A DNA stretch of 64,000 bases from Blastocatellia bacterium (lineage in GTDB: Bacteria > Acidobacteriota > Blastocatellia > UBA7656), in the NCBI GenBank assembly GCA_963765495.1, contig CAVXWP010000017.1:64001-128000 (forward strand). The letters are read 5' to 3'. Shown here in pieces: positions 9,670 to 22,149 of this stretch. The position numbers were made by a program, and so were the translations under genes. The first letter of the stretch is position 1, and each line of letters starts with the position of its first letter. The notes beneath the pieces are model-generated. The model saw nothing but the letters and a program-made list of their open reading frames with translations, searched no databases and was not told the origin of the DNA.

Positions 9670-10746
9670 TTATTCTTCACGCTCGCGTTTGTAAAATCCA
9701 CGCATCGCCTTATGTATTCTCTTTTCTCTTTCTTTTCGCGCCACCTGCGCCCTCGTATCCAGCCGCGTATCGAGATACTCTACTTCCTTACCCATCTTCT
9801 TGTAATTTTCGAACCTCTTGGCATCAAGCGAGCCTTCGCTCACGGCCTCTTTCACAGCGCAATGAGGCTCGTTTTCGTGTGCGCAATCGCTGAAACGGCA
9901 TCGGGCGGCGAGCCCCTCTATATCGGCAAACGTGTCGGCAAGCCCTTCGCCCACCTCCCACAACTGCAACTCGCGCATGCCGGGCGTATCTATGAGCAGG
10001 CCGCCCGAAGGCAGTATGATCAATTCCCGGTGGCGCGTGGTGTGCCGCCCGCGATCATCGCCTGCCCGCACCTCCTGAACCTTTTGCACGTCTCTGCCTA
10101 CCAGTCGATTTATGAGCGTCGATTTGCCTGCACCGCTTGAACCGAGAAAAGCAACCGTGATGCCGGTGGCCAGATACTGGCTCAACTGTTCGAGCCCCTG
10201 ATTCTGTTTCGAGCTTATTGCATGCACGGGCACATCCGGCGCGACTCGCGCAACCTCGTCCACTCTCTGCTCTACCGAGTCGCACAGATCGGCTTTGCTC
10301 AGGATGATGACCGGACGCGCACCGCTCTTCATCGCTACCGTCAGGTAACGCTCGATCCTCCTGAGGTTGTAATCATTGTCGAGCCCCTGCACCAGAAAGA
10401 CCGTATCAATATTCGTAGCGATGATCTGCTCTTCGGCGGTTGTGCCCGCAGCCTTTCGCGAAAAGGTGCTCTTTCTTGGAAGCACGGCGTGGATGAAAGC
10501 CCGATTCTCGCTCGCGTAGGCGGTGATTGCTACCCAATCGCCTACGGCCGGGAAGTCAGAGCGCGAGTCGGCCTGAAAATGAAACTTTCCAGTGACCTCC
10601 GCAAGCAGTTCATCGCCTTCGGTATAGACGCGATAGATGCCCGTATATTCGAGGGCTACCCGCGCGACCGTGTGGCCTTCGCTCCTGTAAGGCTCAAAGG
10701 CTTCTTCAAAGAAACTGTTCCAACCCAGGACTTCCAGATCAGGCAT
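9670..10746 (-). CDS. rsgA: ribosome small subunit-dependent GTPase A
   Basis: PAVGDWV, SKADL, GSSGAGKSTLIN, GRHTT, DTPGMREL, Zn finger CRFSDCAHENEPHCAV. Confidence 0.95.
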   Translation of the reverse strand: MPDLEVLGWNSFFEEAFEPYRSEGHTVARVALEYTGIYRVYTEGDELLAEVTGKFHFQADSRSDFPAVGDWVAITAYASENRAFIHAVLPRKSTFSRKAAGTTAEEQIIATNIDTVFLVQGLDNDYNLRRIERYLTVAMKSGARPVIILSKADLCDSVEQRVDEVARVAPDVPVHAISSKQNQGLEQLSQYLATGITVAFLGSSGAGKSTLINRLVGRDVQKVQEVRAGDDRGRHTTRHRELIILPSGGLLIDTPGMRELQLWEVGEGLADTFADIEGLAARCRFSDCAHENEPHCAVKEAVSEGSLDAKRFENYKKMGKEVEYLDTRLDTRAQVARKEREKRIHKAMRGFYKREREE

Positions 10747-10752
10747 ACCATT

Positions 10753-12200
<1,448 letters not shown>

Positions 12201-12212
<12 letters not shown>

Positions 12213-13556
12213 TATGATAAACATTGGCGTTGCCGAGCCGCCGCCTGCCGTCACATTTAACAGCGCGAGGCTCGAAAGGCGCACGCCACAACCCTCGATC
12301 CGCTCACCGTTCCACACGTAGGGGTCGAGGTCATAATAGCGTTCGTCAAAACGAAGGTTGCCTTCGATAAGACTCGGATAGGTCTCTCGTCCGAGCGGCA
12401 CGCGCTCCTGCACCAGATAAGAAGTGCCGAGCGCGCCTTCAAGCGCCACACCCCACGCCGCTTCGTCCATCTCCCAGCCGAGCGCCACTCCCTTGCCGCC
12501 GTATTCGCCGTTGGGCTTTAAGACAAACCTCTCACGGTTCTCAGCGATAAAAGGAATCAGATCAACCGTCATATCTCGATAGGCGGTCTTGCACTCACGA
12601 ACCTTTCGAGTCCACGGAATATGGCGACCGAGAGCCTGTAGAATTTCGGGCTCGAACAGGTATGCGTAAGTGGGGTCGCTCAACAGCGCAAAGGGCGATT
12701 TCTTGTTGAGCATATGAACGCCAAACCCGTTTGCCATGCAGACAGCCCCGTCGCGCACAGCTTCGATCATCGGATGGCCGAGGCCGTATTTTGCCAGAAG
12801 CTCCTGAACCACCACCCGTTTGTAAATCAGATCAACCGGGAAATCCTCTATAAACAACCGCCCGTTGCGATATTCCAACTCATCAGGGTCGGCAATCCTG
12901 ACCGGGCACCCGTGAGACTCGAACTCTTCCCGCATAAGGAGGAATTCGCTGTAAGTGCTTACGCCGCGCCAGTCTATTATAGCGATATTCGGCAGCCCCT
13001 TCCCGCCCCAGCGATGGTAAACGCCAAGCAGAGCATCGAAGACGAATGTGCGAATCGGAAGTGACCGAATATTATACCGCCCGCCGAATTCCTGCATTAT
13101 CGGCATCTGGCCGAAAACGTTTCCAAGCGCATCGCCGTAGCCAAGCCCGCCCGGGCTTTCGGCGTTGTACTCTACGAAATGGAAATCGCCCTCCGCGCTC
13201 AAAAATCCATCGAGGCGACCGCTCACATCGGGCGGCCCGTACCGCGTGGCGATCTGTGAAATCGCTTCTTCTTCGGGCGTCAGATCGAGTTCCCGCCTTA
13301 GCCGGTCGTCAACAAACAGGCGGCGAGCGAGTTTCGCAATTCCAAGCATCACAAACGTAGAAGCGTGCACGACCGATTCATATCTGGCTTCGTCTATGAA
13401 AAAGGGCCGCAACACACTGCAAACCGGTCGCGAGCCAAAAGCGAGCATCTTGCGCTCTGTAGCCTGAGCAAGCAACTCAACAGTGCTCTCAAGGTAACGA
13501 CCTGCCAGCAGTTCGTGATAATAATCAATCGCATCTGTCACGGAAATAGGATTCAT
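12201..13556 (-). CDS. circularly permuted (type 2) ATP-grasp / glutathionylspermidine-synthase-like ligase
   Basis: RLDGF..FVEYNAESPGG, DLIYKRV, NKK, IPWTR, VLKPNGEYGGKGV, LVQERV, LLNVTAGGG. Confidence 0.82.
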
Positions 13557-13565
13557 AAATTAGGA

Positions 13566-13680
13566 ATGGATGAAGGAAGAAGGATGGGGGCACTACATAA
13601 TCATAAAGGCAGTTTCCCAATCACTATGATGATTACCCACAGTCTTTTTCATCCCTCATCCCTCATCCCTCATCCCTTCA
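13566..13680. repeat. heptamer palindrome (GGATGAA)n/(TCATCCC)n
   Basis: ggatgaaggaagaaggatg ... ttcatccctcatccctcatccctcatccct; supplies the stop of the ATP-grasp gene at 13670. Confidence 0.8.
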
Positions 13681-14599
13681 AAAGTTCTTCCCATCGATAC
13701 GAGGGACGATGAGCGGCGGCGTTTTTTGCGCGCTCGATCACAAGGTTTGCCATCTGGTTGACTACCCACGGAAAATAGACCTCCGTAAGCGATGAGATGT
13801 CGAAGTCAGGCGCTGAATTCATGAAGTCTATCGCGTAAGGTATCCGGTCGCGCACGCCGAATTCGATAGTATTCATATCGTAGCCGAGCGCCTCGTTGAT
13901 CTTGATCGCGTCGGTTCGTATGCGCTCGGTGAGCGCCTGGTCAAGCGCCTGATCGACGCCCCTGTACCGCTCAAAATGCGATTTTCGCGGGTCCCAGTTT
14001 GTGATATTGATATTGGTCTTGCCCACGCAGAGGCAGCGCACATAATGCTCCCACTCGATAAACTCCTGCAACATCATGCAAAGTCTGCCGGTCTGATTAT
14101 AAATTGAAATCAACTGTTCCACCGAATCTATGCGATGCACATCTTTCCACCCGCCGCCCCAGTGGGGTTTGAGTATCGCGGGCAGACCCGTGTACTCGGT
14201 CATGGCTTGCCAGTCGAGCGGGGCTTTCAGGTTGCTGAGGCTTTCGGAAATTATCCCTTCAGGGTATGAATGCGAAGGAATTATGAGCGTACGAGGCACG
14301 CTGACGCCGAGATGTTGAACCAGTTTCGTGCCAAAGAATTTATCGTCGGCAAGACGCCAGAACGGGTTATTGATGATTACAGCGCCCGACAGCGCCGCAG
14401 CTTTTAGAAACGGCTGATAAAAGACTACCTCGTGCGATATGCGATCAATGATGACCTGATAAGGACAATCCTCTTCGGTAGTGAAATGGCCGATTTTGAT
14501 GTATTCGGCCTTGACTCCCGCGTTGCGGCTATTGACTTCTTCGATGAGCGCGTCGGGAAATGAACGTTCGCGCCCCACCAGCAATCCTACTTTTAACAT
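13670..14599 (-). CDS. RimK-like ATP-grasp ligase
   Basis: IIDRISH, INNPFW..DDKFF, LPAILKPHWGGGWKDV, MLQEFI, YDMNTIEF, IDFMN. Start set at ATG 14599 with GGAGG RBS. Confidence 0.82.
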   Translation of the reverse strand: MLKVGLLVGRERSFPDALIEEVNSRNAGVKAEYIKIGHFTTEEDCPYQVIIDRISHEVVFYQPFLKAAALSGAVIINNPFWRLADDKFFGTKLVQHLGVSVPRTLIIPSHSYPEGIISESLSNLKAPLDWQAMTEYTGLPAILKPHWGGGWKDVHRIDSVEQLISIYNQTGRLCMMLQEFIEWEHYVRCLCVGKTNINITNWDPRKSHFERYRGVDQALDQALTERIRTDAIKINEALGYDMNTIEFGVRDRIPYAIDFMNSAPDFDISSLTEVYFPWVVNQMANLVIERAKNAAAHRPSYRWEELLKG

Positions 14600-14699
14600 C
14601 CCTGTGTTCCTCCAATAGGGTCGAAGCCTATTGCCTATAGAGCGAATACTGAACGGCCCGCGCAAAAACAAACGGCAAGTATAACAAAGCCCCGCTGAC

Positions 14700-14729
14700 T
14701 TGCGAAAGCTCGACGCGCATCGCTATAGT
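14700..14729 (+). promoter_or_regulatory. putative sigma70 promoter of mqnD
   Basis: TTGCGA-N18-TATAGT. Confidence 0.4.
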
Positions 14730-14814
14730 GTCAATTTGCGAGGCTGTAATGCTTAAATCAAGTGATTGAGAATTCGATTCATAGTCATCACACTACGCCT
14801 CAGATTGCCAAATT

Positions 14815-15648
14815 ATGGATAAGATAGAAATCACGCTAGGACACAGCCCTGACCCGGATGATGCCTTCATGTTCTACGCCCTTGCGCGCGACCTGATAGA
14901 CACCGAGGGGTTAAAGTTTCGTCACATCATCGAGGACATCGAAACACTAAATCACCGCGCAATGAATGCCGAACTCGATGTGACGGCGGTATCGATTCAC
15001 GCCTACGCTTACGTGCTTGACCAGTACGCCCTGCTGACCTCGGGCGCGTCTATGGGCGATAATTACGGCCCCCTGGTCGTAGCCCGCAAGCCTATGGAAA
15101 TCAATCAGTTACGCGACGTAACCATTGCGGTTCCCGGCAAGATGACCACTGCCTATCTTGCCTTGCGCCTTTGCATAGGAGATGGCCCGACAAAGGTAAT
15201 TCCGTTTGATCAGATCATGGATGCGGTCGAGCGGGGCGAGGCAGAGGCGGGGCTTTTGATTCACGAAGGCCAGTTGACCTATAGCGCGGCCGGGTTTGAA
15301 AAGGTGATTGACCTGGGCGAATGGTGGAAAGATGAAACCGGGCTGCCGCTTCCTCTCGGCGGCAATGCCATCAGGAAGACGCTTGGGCCTGAGCTTATCG
15401 AAAAAATCTCGCGGCTCCTACGCCAATCAATAGAATACGGGCTCGAGCACCGCGAGGCAGCCGTCCGCCACTCTCAGGCATACGCGCGCGGGATGGAGAC
15501 CGGCCTGACCGATAAATTTGTCGGAATGTATGTAAATGACTACACCATAGATTACGGCGAACAGGGCCGCGAGGCTGTACGATTATTGCTCAAACGCGCG
15601 CACGAAGCGGGTATAATTCCCCGCCCCGTTCAGTTGGAATTCGCCTGA
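14815..15648 (+). CDS. mqnD: 1,4-dihydroxy-6-naphthoate synthase (futalosine menaquinone pathway)
   Basis: GHSPDPDDAFMFYAL, DIETLN, PGKMTTA, LLIHEGQLTY, DLGEWW..TGLPLPLG, MYVN. Confidence 0.9.
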   Translation: MDKIEITLGHSPDPDDAFMFYALARDLIDTEGLKFRHIIEDIETLNHRAMNAELDVTAVSIHAYAYVLDQYALLTSGASMGDNYGPLVVARKPMEINQLRDVTIAVPGKMTTAYLALRLCIGDGPTKVIPFDQIMDAVERGEAEAGLLIHEGQLTYSAAGFEKVIDLGEWWKDETGLPLPLGGNAIRKTLGPELIEKISRLLRQSIEYGLEHREAAVRHSQAYARGMETGLTDKFVGMYVNDYTIDYGEQGREAVRLLLKRAHEAGIIPRPVQLEFA

Positions 15649-15899
15649 ATTATAGTAACAAAATCAGTCATACCGTTTTCCAAAACTGTAACAGAGGACT
15701 TCACTGTAAGCACCGCCCCGAGTCATTCGCGGTATGCCTGTTTTCTGTTTTTCAACATTTGCGCGCGTTTTTGTTTGTCCGGCTTTACTGGTACGACAGT
15801 TGCAGAGTTATAACGTTGTCGGGGGCAACGGTTGTACTTATTTTTTTACAACTTGCCGGGCCTGTAGAATATTATTTTTATACGTTGTGGATGTGGATC

Positions 15900-16340
15900 A
15901 TGAAGCCTAAGCGCAAGAACAGAATACTTTTGGTGGAGGACGATGCAGACACGCGATACGCGATGGCGCTACTTTTCGAACTGGAGGGGTTTGAAGTAGA
16001 GACTGCTGGAGACGGCAAGGAAGCCTATCTGACCGCCCACAGAAAGAGGCCCGATCTTATAGTAACCGACATAAATATGCCGAACGTTAGCGGGCTGGAC
16101 CTTATAAAGCTAATCAAGGAAGATGATGAGCTGGCCTCGGTGCCTATAATCGCCATGAGCGCGGTCGAGCGAAAGCAATTGAATCGGGCCAGAGAGCTTG
16201 GGGCAATCGCCGTTTATGAAAAGCCCATACAATTCGATCAATTTCTGGGCTTGATCGCGGGCCTCGTATCGGCGCGGCACAGTCGCGGACGCGCGCAGAT
16301 GTTACTCGATTCCCAACCTTTCAATGGCCGTTCATATTGA
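15900..16340 (+). CDS. single-domain response regulator (receiver)
   Basis: ILLVEDD, PDLIVTDINMP, IIAMSA, KP; start set at ATG 15900. Confidence 0.88.
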   Translation: MKPKRKNRILLVEDDADTRYAMALLFELEGFEVETAGDGKEAYLTAHRKRPDLIVTDINMPNVSGLDLIKLIKEDDELASVPIIAMSAVERKQLNRARELGAIAVYEKPIQFDQFLGLIAGLVSARHSRGRAQMLLDSQPFNGRSY

Positions 16341-16434
16341 AACGTGAAGCGTGATTCGTGGATTAAGCACTATCTCTATTAACAATCAAAATCCTAAAAG
16401 TCACGAATCACGCTTCACTCTTCACTCTTCACTC
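16338..16434. repeat. (CGTGANN)n-46nt-(TCACNNN)n palindromic element between convergent genes
   Basis: 46-nt core 16355-16400; arms overlap the stop codons of both convergent genes. Confidence 0.85.
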
Positions 16435-17586
16435 TCTAAATTTCTTGAGCAGTTCCCGCGCGATAATCATTCGCTGAATCTGATTGGTTCCTTCGACTAT
16501 CTGAGTGATCTTCGCTTCGCGAAACAGCGCCTGCACGGGATAGTCCTCGCTCGTGCCGTACCCGCCATAAATCTGTACAGCATCGGTAGTCACTTTCATC
16601 GCCGTGTCGGTTGCCAGCAATTTGGCCATAGAGGCTACGGCATTAAACGGCAATCCGTGGTCTCTGAGATAAGCCGCCTTGCGAGTCACGCAGCGCGCGG
16701 CTTCGATAGAGGCGGCCATGTCGGCAAGCATGAATTGTATGCCCTGAAATTCGGCTATCGGATGGCCAAAGGCGTTACGCTCGGTCGAATATCTGAGCGC
16801 GTGATCGAATGCCGCCTGCGCAAGCCCGAGCGAAGTCGCGGCTACCGTGATGCGGCCTGAATCGAGCGCAGTCATCGCCACGCGGAACCCTTCGCCTTCC
16901 CGGCCTACCAGATTTTCGCGCGGTATCTCGCAATCTTCAAAAAAGACCTCCCGCGTGTGATGCGGCAGTCCCATAGGCCGTTCGCGCTTGCCAAAGGCCA
17001 GACCCGGCGCGTTCTTTTCCACTATAAACGAAGAGACCCCTTTAGCGCCTTTCCCCTTTTCAGTCACAGCCATCACTATGTATAGGTCTGCTTCGCCGCC
17101 GTGCGTGATCCAGATTTTCTGCCCGCGAAGGATATACTTATCGCCTCGAAGTTCGGCGCGGGTGTTGATGGATGCAGCGTCGGACCCGGCCTGCGGCTCG
17201 GTCAGCGCGAACGCGCCCAGTAATTCAGCCGAGGCCATCGCGGGCAAATACCTGCGCTTCTGAGCCTCGGTGCCGAAATGATTCAAAATGAGTTGAGGCA
17301 GTCCGTGAACCGCGAGCACCCCGCCAAGATGGCTGCCCAGCCGCGAAAGCTCTTCGAGCACCACGATATAGGTAGAGTAATCCAGCCCGCCTCCGCCGTA
17401 CTCCGAGGGAAAAGGTATGGCGGCAATGCCGAGCGCGCCAAGCTGTCGAAACAGGGGCCAGGGAAATTCTTCGTGCCCGTTATTTTCAAAATAAGGATTG
17501 ACATCGCCCTCGACGAATTGCTCTACCATCCGCCGCAATTGCTCTTGCTCTTCCGTAAGCAGATAATCCATCATCTCCTCCGTCAC
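16429..17586 (-). CDS. acyl-CoA dehydrogenase
   Basis: FALTEPQAGSD, KIWIT, GRITVAA, QIYGGYG, REAKITQIVEGTNQIQR. Confidence 0.95.
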   Translation of the reverse strand: MTEEMMDYLLTEEQEQLRRMVEQFVEGDVNPYFENNGHEEFPWPLFRQLGALGIAAIPFPSEYGGGGLDYSTYIVVLEELSRLGSHLGGVLAVHGLPQLILNHFGTEAQKRRYLPAMASAELLGAFALTEPQAGSDAASINTRAELRGDKYILRGQKIWITHGGEADLYIVMAVTEKGKGAKGVSSFIVEKNAPGLAFGKRERPMGLPHHTREVFFEDCEIPRENLVGREGEGFRVAMTALDSGRITVAATSLGLAQAAFDHALRYSTERNAFGHPIAEFQGIQFMLADMAASIEAARCVTRKAAYLRDHGLPFNAVASMAKLLATDTAMKVTTDAVQIYGGYGTSEDYPVQALFREAKITQIVEGTNQIQRMIIARELLKKFRE

Positions 17587-17603
17587 ATCTCTTGTAATGA
17601 CAT

Positions 17604-18785
17604 TCAGCCTTTTACTATCCCGGATTCACTCAGTCTTGACCGTTCCGCCTCGCTGATTCCAAGTTCGGCCAGCAATTCATAGGTATGCTCTCCGAGCGCG
17701 GGCGATAGTCGAGCGAGTGTCGGGGGAGTCTCGCTCAACCTGTATGCATATCCCAATTGTCTGACCGCGCCTTCCGTAGGATGATCGACATCGAAAGTCA
17801 TTTCGCGGGCGCGGGTCTGCGCGTGTTCGAATGCCTCGGCTAAAGAGAGCACCGGCTCGCAGCAGGCATCCGCCTCCGCCATGATCTCGATCCACTCGGC
17901 TTGAGTTTTTGATTTAAAGATGCGACTCACCTCTTCAAATAATTCTTTGCGCGCATCATTCGAATCGAATTGTCGCGCAATCAAATCTTCTCGATTTACA
18001 ACGCGGCAAAAACCGGCCCAGAACTTTGGCTCAAGCGCGCCAAGCGACATGAAACGCCCGTCGCTTGTCTCATAGACGTTGTAAAACGGGTACGCGCCCG
18101 AGAGCGTGTACTTCCCACCCACTCGAATGCTTTTGCCCGCAAATTCCTGAGCGGCAGGTACGGGCAGCATCGCAAGCAGCACATCGAACATGGATACGTC
18201 AACGTACTGCCCGCGACCCGTCTGGTTGCGGGCAAGCAGCGCGGCAAGTATGGCGAAGGCGGCTATCATTCCGCCCGCCAGGTCAGCTATCTGTGTGCCC
18301 GGAATGACCGGCTTTCCCCGCTCGTCCGTAGTGAGCCCGAGCAGACCCGACAGCGCCAGATAATTCAAATCATGCCCGCTGCGCGCGCGATGAGGCCCGT
18401 CCTGTCCAAACCCTGAAAGCGAACAATAAACCGCGCGCGGATTCACCTCCACGACATCCGCGTAACCTATACCGAGACGGTCAACCACACCGGGGCGAAA
18501 CTGCTCAAGCACTACATCCGAGGTGGCGGCCAGCTTCAAAAAAATATCGCGCCCCTCGCTTTGTTTGAGGTTCAGGGCTATCGATTTTTTATTCCTGTTG
18601 ACCTGAACGAAGGCGGCGCTCTGCTGATTTATTATCGGCTGAGAGTGCCGCGTAGGGTCTCCGGTTTTGGGTTCCTCTACCTTGATGACCTCCGCGCCGA
18701 GATCGCCCAGCATCATCGAGCAATAAGGCCCCGGCAACATGCGCGACAGATCAAGCACGCGAACGCCTTCTAATGCTTTCAGCAT
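17604..18785 (-). CDS. family III CoA-transferase (CaiB/BaiF)
   Basis: LEGVRVLDLSR..PGP, LGDLGAEVIKVE, NRNKKS, FRPGV, SGFGQDGP, HDLNY, ADLAGG. Confidence 0.93.
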   Translation of the reverse strand: MLKALEGVRVLDLSRMLPGPYCSMMLGDLGAEVIKVEEPKTGDPTRHSQPIINQQSAAFVQVNRNKKSIALNLKQSEGRDIFLKLAATSDVVLEQFRPGVVDRLGIGYADVVEVNPRAVYCSLSGFGQDGPHRARSGHDLNYLALSGLLGLTTDERGKPVIPGTQIADLAGGMIAAFAILAALLARNQTGRGQYVDVSMFDVLLAMLPVPAAQEFAGKSIRVGGKYTLSGAYPFYNVYETSDGRFMSLGALEPKFWAGFCRVVNREDLIARQFDSNDARKELFEEVSRIFKSKTQAEWIEIMAEADACCEPVLSLAEAFEHAQTRAREMTFDVDHPTEGAVRQLGYAYRLSETPPTLARLSPALGEHTYELLAELGISEAERSRLSESGIVKG

Positions 18786-18905
18786 CTGTCCCCCTGATTA
18801 TTTTTCAACCTATCTTTCAATTACCGCCATACTACATCAGATCAAAGCCATCACCAAAAGCGATGTTTGGCTGAGAGTCCTTTTCATCATTCACCCCTTC
18901 AGCCC

Positions 18906-20099
18906 TCATCCCTCAATTCTCGTCTCGTCAGCGGAGCGAAGTTCATAAGTCACGCCTCGCCACGTGATTCGCCGCGTCACAGCCGACCTGATAAAATTGC
19001 AGAGAAACAGCAGCGATACGAGCGACCACAAAAGACAGTACATCCACCAGAGGCGTTTGATTTCATCCCGCGCAGATGGAAGCGCCTCAACCGCGCCCGC
19101 AAGCCTGAGCGCGCCCTTGATCGACCCGAGCAGAAAAATAGCGCCTAACATCATTAGCGGCCAGATGATGCCCTCACCCCTGAGCGCAGCAAGCAGAACC
19201 ATAGCCAGCCCGCCCCAGAAGGTAATACTGAACAGGCAGTTTGAAATCATCCCAACCCACCACGCTTTCGAGCTATAGACGCGGGTAATAATTATCTGGC
19301 GGGTAGTAAATTCAAACAGGCTCTTGAGCGTAAAATCTTCACGCGAGATCGTAAGACATCGAGGCACGAACCTGACATACAGATTCCCGTCTTTGACGGC
19401 TCGCGTGAGCGCATAATCATCGCTCACGACGCGCTGCCACCTGTCGGCTATGCCCAGCTGGTTGAAAGTCTCTCGCAGAATCGCGGTCGAACCGCCCCAG
19501 GCGAAATTGCCTCTGTGATCGCCAAGCGTAGTGGCGATGGAGCCGTTCCACGCCGAGAGTAAGGCCGACCAGAACCCGCCCTTATCCGGCAAGTACCAGC
19601 GGTATCCGGTGGCGGCCCCGACTCGATTATCTTCAAGTGCCGAAACCAGTAAACGCAACCAGCCATGGCGAACCCGCGCATCCGAATCTACAAAGGCCAG
19701 CGCTTCGGATTTCGAATCGACGCAGGTGAGAGCCGAAAGAAGATTGTTGACCTTTTCGCCGCGACCCTCGACGTAGCCTGACACAATCAGACGGGCAGTA
19801 ATCCCGGGATATTTCTTGATGACCCGCTCAATTACCTGTCGCGCAGGGTCATCATCTGAAGCAACGGCAAAGATAATTTCGTAATCGGGATAATCCTGCT
19901 CAAACAGCGCATGAAGATTCTCTTCAAGCCCGCTGTCAATACCCTTGCACGGAGCAATGATCGAAGCGAAAGGTGTGAAGCCGCCAGCCGGTTCTTTGAT
20001 CGCGCGCCGGATAAATCCGTAAAAGCGCACGCCTTCGATCAGAGAGAATATTCCCTGAATGATCAGCAATCCGGCCGGGATGTAGAAAAGGTATATCAC
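18906..20099 (-). CDS. membrane GT2/GT21 glycosyltransferase (ceramide glucosyltransferase/HpnI-like)
   Basis: N-terminal TM, PCKG, QDYPDYE, KVNNL, FVDSD, SDD, C-terminal TMs, 'ITWRGVTY'; start position uncertain (GTG 20099). Confidence 0.82.
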   Translation of the reverse strand: MIYLFYIPAGLLIIQGIFSLIEGVRFYGFIRRAIKEPAGGFTPFASIIAPCKGIDSGLEENLHALFEQDYPDYEIIFAVASDDDPARQVIERVIKKYPGITARLIVSGYVEGRGEKVNNLLSALTCVDSKSEALAFVDSDARVRHGWLRLLVSALEDNRVGAATGYRWYLPDKGGFWSALLSAWNGSIATTLGDHRGNFAWGGSTAILRETFNQLGIADRWQRVVSDDYALTRAVKDGNLYVRFVPRCLTISREDFTLKSLFEFTTRQIIITRVYSSKAWWVGMISNCLFSITFWGGLAMVLLAALRGEGIIWPLMMLGAIFLLGSIKGALRLAGAVEALPSARDEIKRLWWMYCLLWSLVSLLFLCNFIRSAVTRRITWRGVTYELRSADETRIEG

Positions 20100-20199
20100 A
20101 GGGCGAGCGGCGATTTTCTCACTCTGACAGCAACAGGTCAACGTGAAGATGAGCAGGTTTTAGCTCAACCTGCCCATCTTCATCTGAGTCAACAGCAAC

Positions 20200-20298
20200 G
20201 GCCGGGACGGAGGCGGATGACGCGGATTTACTCGGATTGGCCCCAATTAGATCAGATCCGCGAAAATCCGCCGCATCCGCGTCATCCGCGGTCCATTT
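20200..20298. repeat. ~100-bp palindromic element (GCGGAT family), degenerate and inverted copy
   Basis: Reverse complement shares 'ggcggattttcgcggatctga' with the 30538 copy. Confidence 0.85.
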
Positions 20299-20377
20299 CT
20301 AATTGCCTTACGAGCAAGTTAAAACCTGACAGGTCCTGACGTGACAGCATATCCGCAGCAATGATATAAAAATCTCA

Positions 20378-22147
20378 ATGCTTCAAATTGAACGCCTAAA
20401 CGCAAAGGTTCTAATCCTGTTTTTCTGCTTTGTCCAGATAGGTGCGGTCGTGCCCTGCCCTGTTATGCAACAGACGACAAAGGGCGTTTCGATATTCCTC
20501 GATGCAACCGATCAGGTCGGGCTCGATTTCGAGCATTACAACGGGATGACCGGGCGATTCTATCTGCCGGAAATCATGGGCTCGGGCGCGGCCCTGTTTG
20601 ATTATGACAATGACGGCGATCTCGATCTCTTTCTCGTGCAAGGGTCGGTGCTCGAACCCGGAACACATCCCGAAAAGACCCTTTTCCCGTGGCGCGGACA
20701 GGGTGCGCCCAAAAGCAGGCTCTACCGAAACGACTTGAACAACGGCAAAGACAAGAATGGAAAATTGAGATTTACCGATGTGACCGATAAGAGCGGCATC
20801 CTTGCCACAGGCTACGGGATGGGCGTAACCGCCGCCGACATAAACAACGACGGGTGGATGGACCTCTATGTATGCAATCTGGGTTCGAATCAGATGCTTC
20901 TCAACAAAGGGGATGGCACATTCACGGATGTCACAAAAAAGACCGGAACCGATGATCCTCGATGGAGCACGAGCGCGGCCTTTTTCGATTATGACAATGA
21001 CGGCTGGCTCGATCTGTTCGTAGCCAATTATCTGGATTTTTCCGTCGATAAATACCCGAACTGCTATGCCGATACAACCGCGAAGGATTACTGCGGGCCA
21101 AAGGCTTTTCATCCCGTGCCCGATAGCCTCTTTCATAACCGGGGCGACGGCACATTCGAAAATGTTTCATCCGCTTCCGGGATAATAAATGAGTTTGGCT
21201 CCGGGCTTGGCGTGGTAACGGCCGATCTCAACGGCGACGGCTGGACCGATATCTACGTAGCAAACGACGGCAACCCTAATCAACTGTGGATCAACCAAAA
21301 AGACGGCTCATTTAAGAATCAAGCCTTGATTGGCGGAGCGGCGGTCAATCGAGACGGGCAGCCGGAAGCCGGTATGGGAGTCGATGCGGGGGATTTTAAC
21401 GGCGACGGCTTCGATGATATTTTTCTCACGCATTTGATGGAAGAGACAAACACGCTTTATTCAAACCTCGGCAACGGGCTTTTCGAAGATCGTACGCTTG
21501 AAGCGGGGCTCGGATTGCAAACACGGCGCTACACGGGCTTTGGCACGCTATGGTTCGATTATGACAATGACGGGAGGCTCGATTTGCTTTCGGCCAACGG
21601 GGCCGTCCGCACGCTTGTGGAACTTGCGCGCAAAAAAGACCTTTACCCGCTCGGCCAGCCCAATCAACTCTTTCACAACGCGGGAAAAGGGAATTTTATC
21701 GAGGTATCAAAGGAAGCGGGCAAGAGTTTTGATCTATTGGAAGTCAGCCGAGGCGCGGCATTTGGCGATATTGATAACGACGGCGACACGGATGTCGTCA
21801 TCTCAAATAACAACGGGCGAGCGCGGGTGCTGCTCAATCAGATCGGAAACCGAAATCACTGGCTGGGTTTGAGACTGCCGGGCACAAAGATTAACCGAGA
21901 CATGCTGGGCGCAAAGGTTGAAATACGCATAACGAAAGAGAACATACTCTGGCGACGCACTCGAACCGACGGCGGCTACCTGTCTTCACACGACCCGAGA
22001 GTGTTGGTCGGTCTCGGCAGTTCCGATCACGTAGACGCGGTGCGAGTACACTGGCCCTCGGGCAGGATCGAAGAATGGAAAGAACCATCCATTGATCGGT
22101 ATATTACTCTCAGAGAAGGCGCGGCCTCCGAATCGAAACGAGATTAA
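20378..22147 (+). CDS. CRTAC1 / ASPIC-UnbV family FG-GAP beta-propeller protein, secreted
   Basis: Repeated DYDNDGDLDL/DINNDGWMDL/DLNGDGWTDI FG-GAP motifs; C-terminal 'GGYLSSHD..VGLG..VRVHWPSG' ASPIC/UnbV signature. Confidence 0.92.
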   Translation: MLQIERLNAKVLILFFCFVQIGAVVPCPVMQQTTKGVSIFLDATDQVGLDFEHYNGMTGRFYLPEIMGSGAALFDYDNDGDLDLFLVQGSVLEPGTHPEKTLFPWRGQGAPKSRLYRNDLNNGKDKNGKLRFTDVTDKSGILATGYGMGVTAADINNDGWMDLYVCNLGSNQMLLNKGDGTFTDVTKKTGTDDPRWSTSAAFFDYDNDGWLDLFVANYLDFSVDKYPNCYADTTAKDYCGPKAFHPVPDSLFHNRGDGTFENVSSASGIINEFGSGLGVVTADLNGDGWTDIYVANDGNPNQLWINQKDGSFKNQALIGGAAVNRDGQPEAGMGVDAGDFNGDGFDDIFLTHLMEETNTLYSNLGNGLFEDRTLEAGLGLQTRRYTGFGTLWFDYDNDGRLDLLSANGAVRTLVELARKKDLYPLGQPNQLFHNAGKGNFIEVSKEAGKSFDLLEVSRGAAFGDIDNDGDTDVVISNNNGRARVLLNQIGNRNHWLGLRLPGTKINRDMLGAKVEIRITKENILWRRTRTDGGYLSSHDPRVLVGLGSSDHVDAVRVHWPSGRIEEWKEPSIDRYITLREGAASESKRD

Positions 22148-22149
22148 CC

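Noticed and set aside
20878-20895. GGTTCGAATC tRNA T-loop-like motif
   Set aside because: It lies inside the CRTAC1 coding frame with no surrounding cloverleaf.
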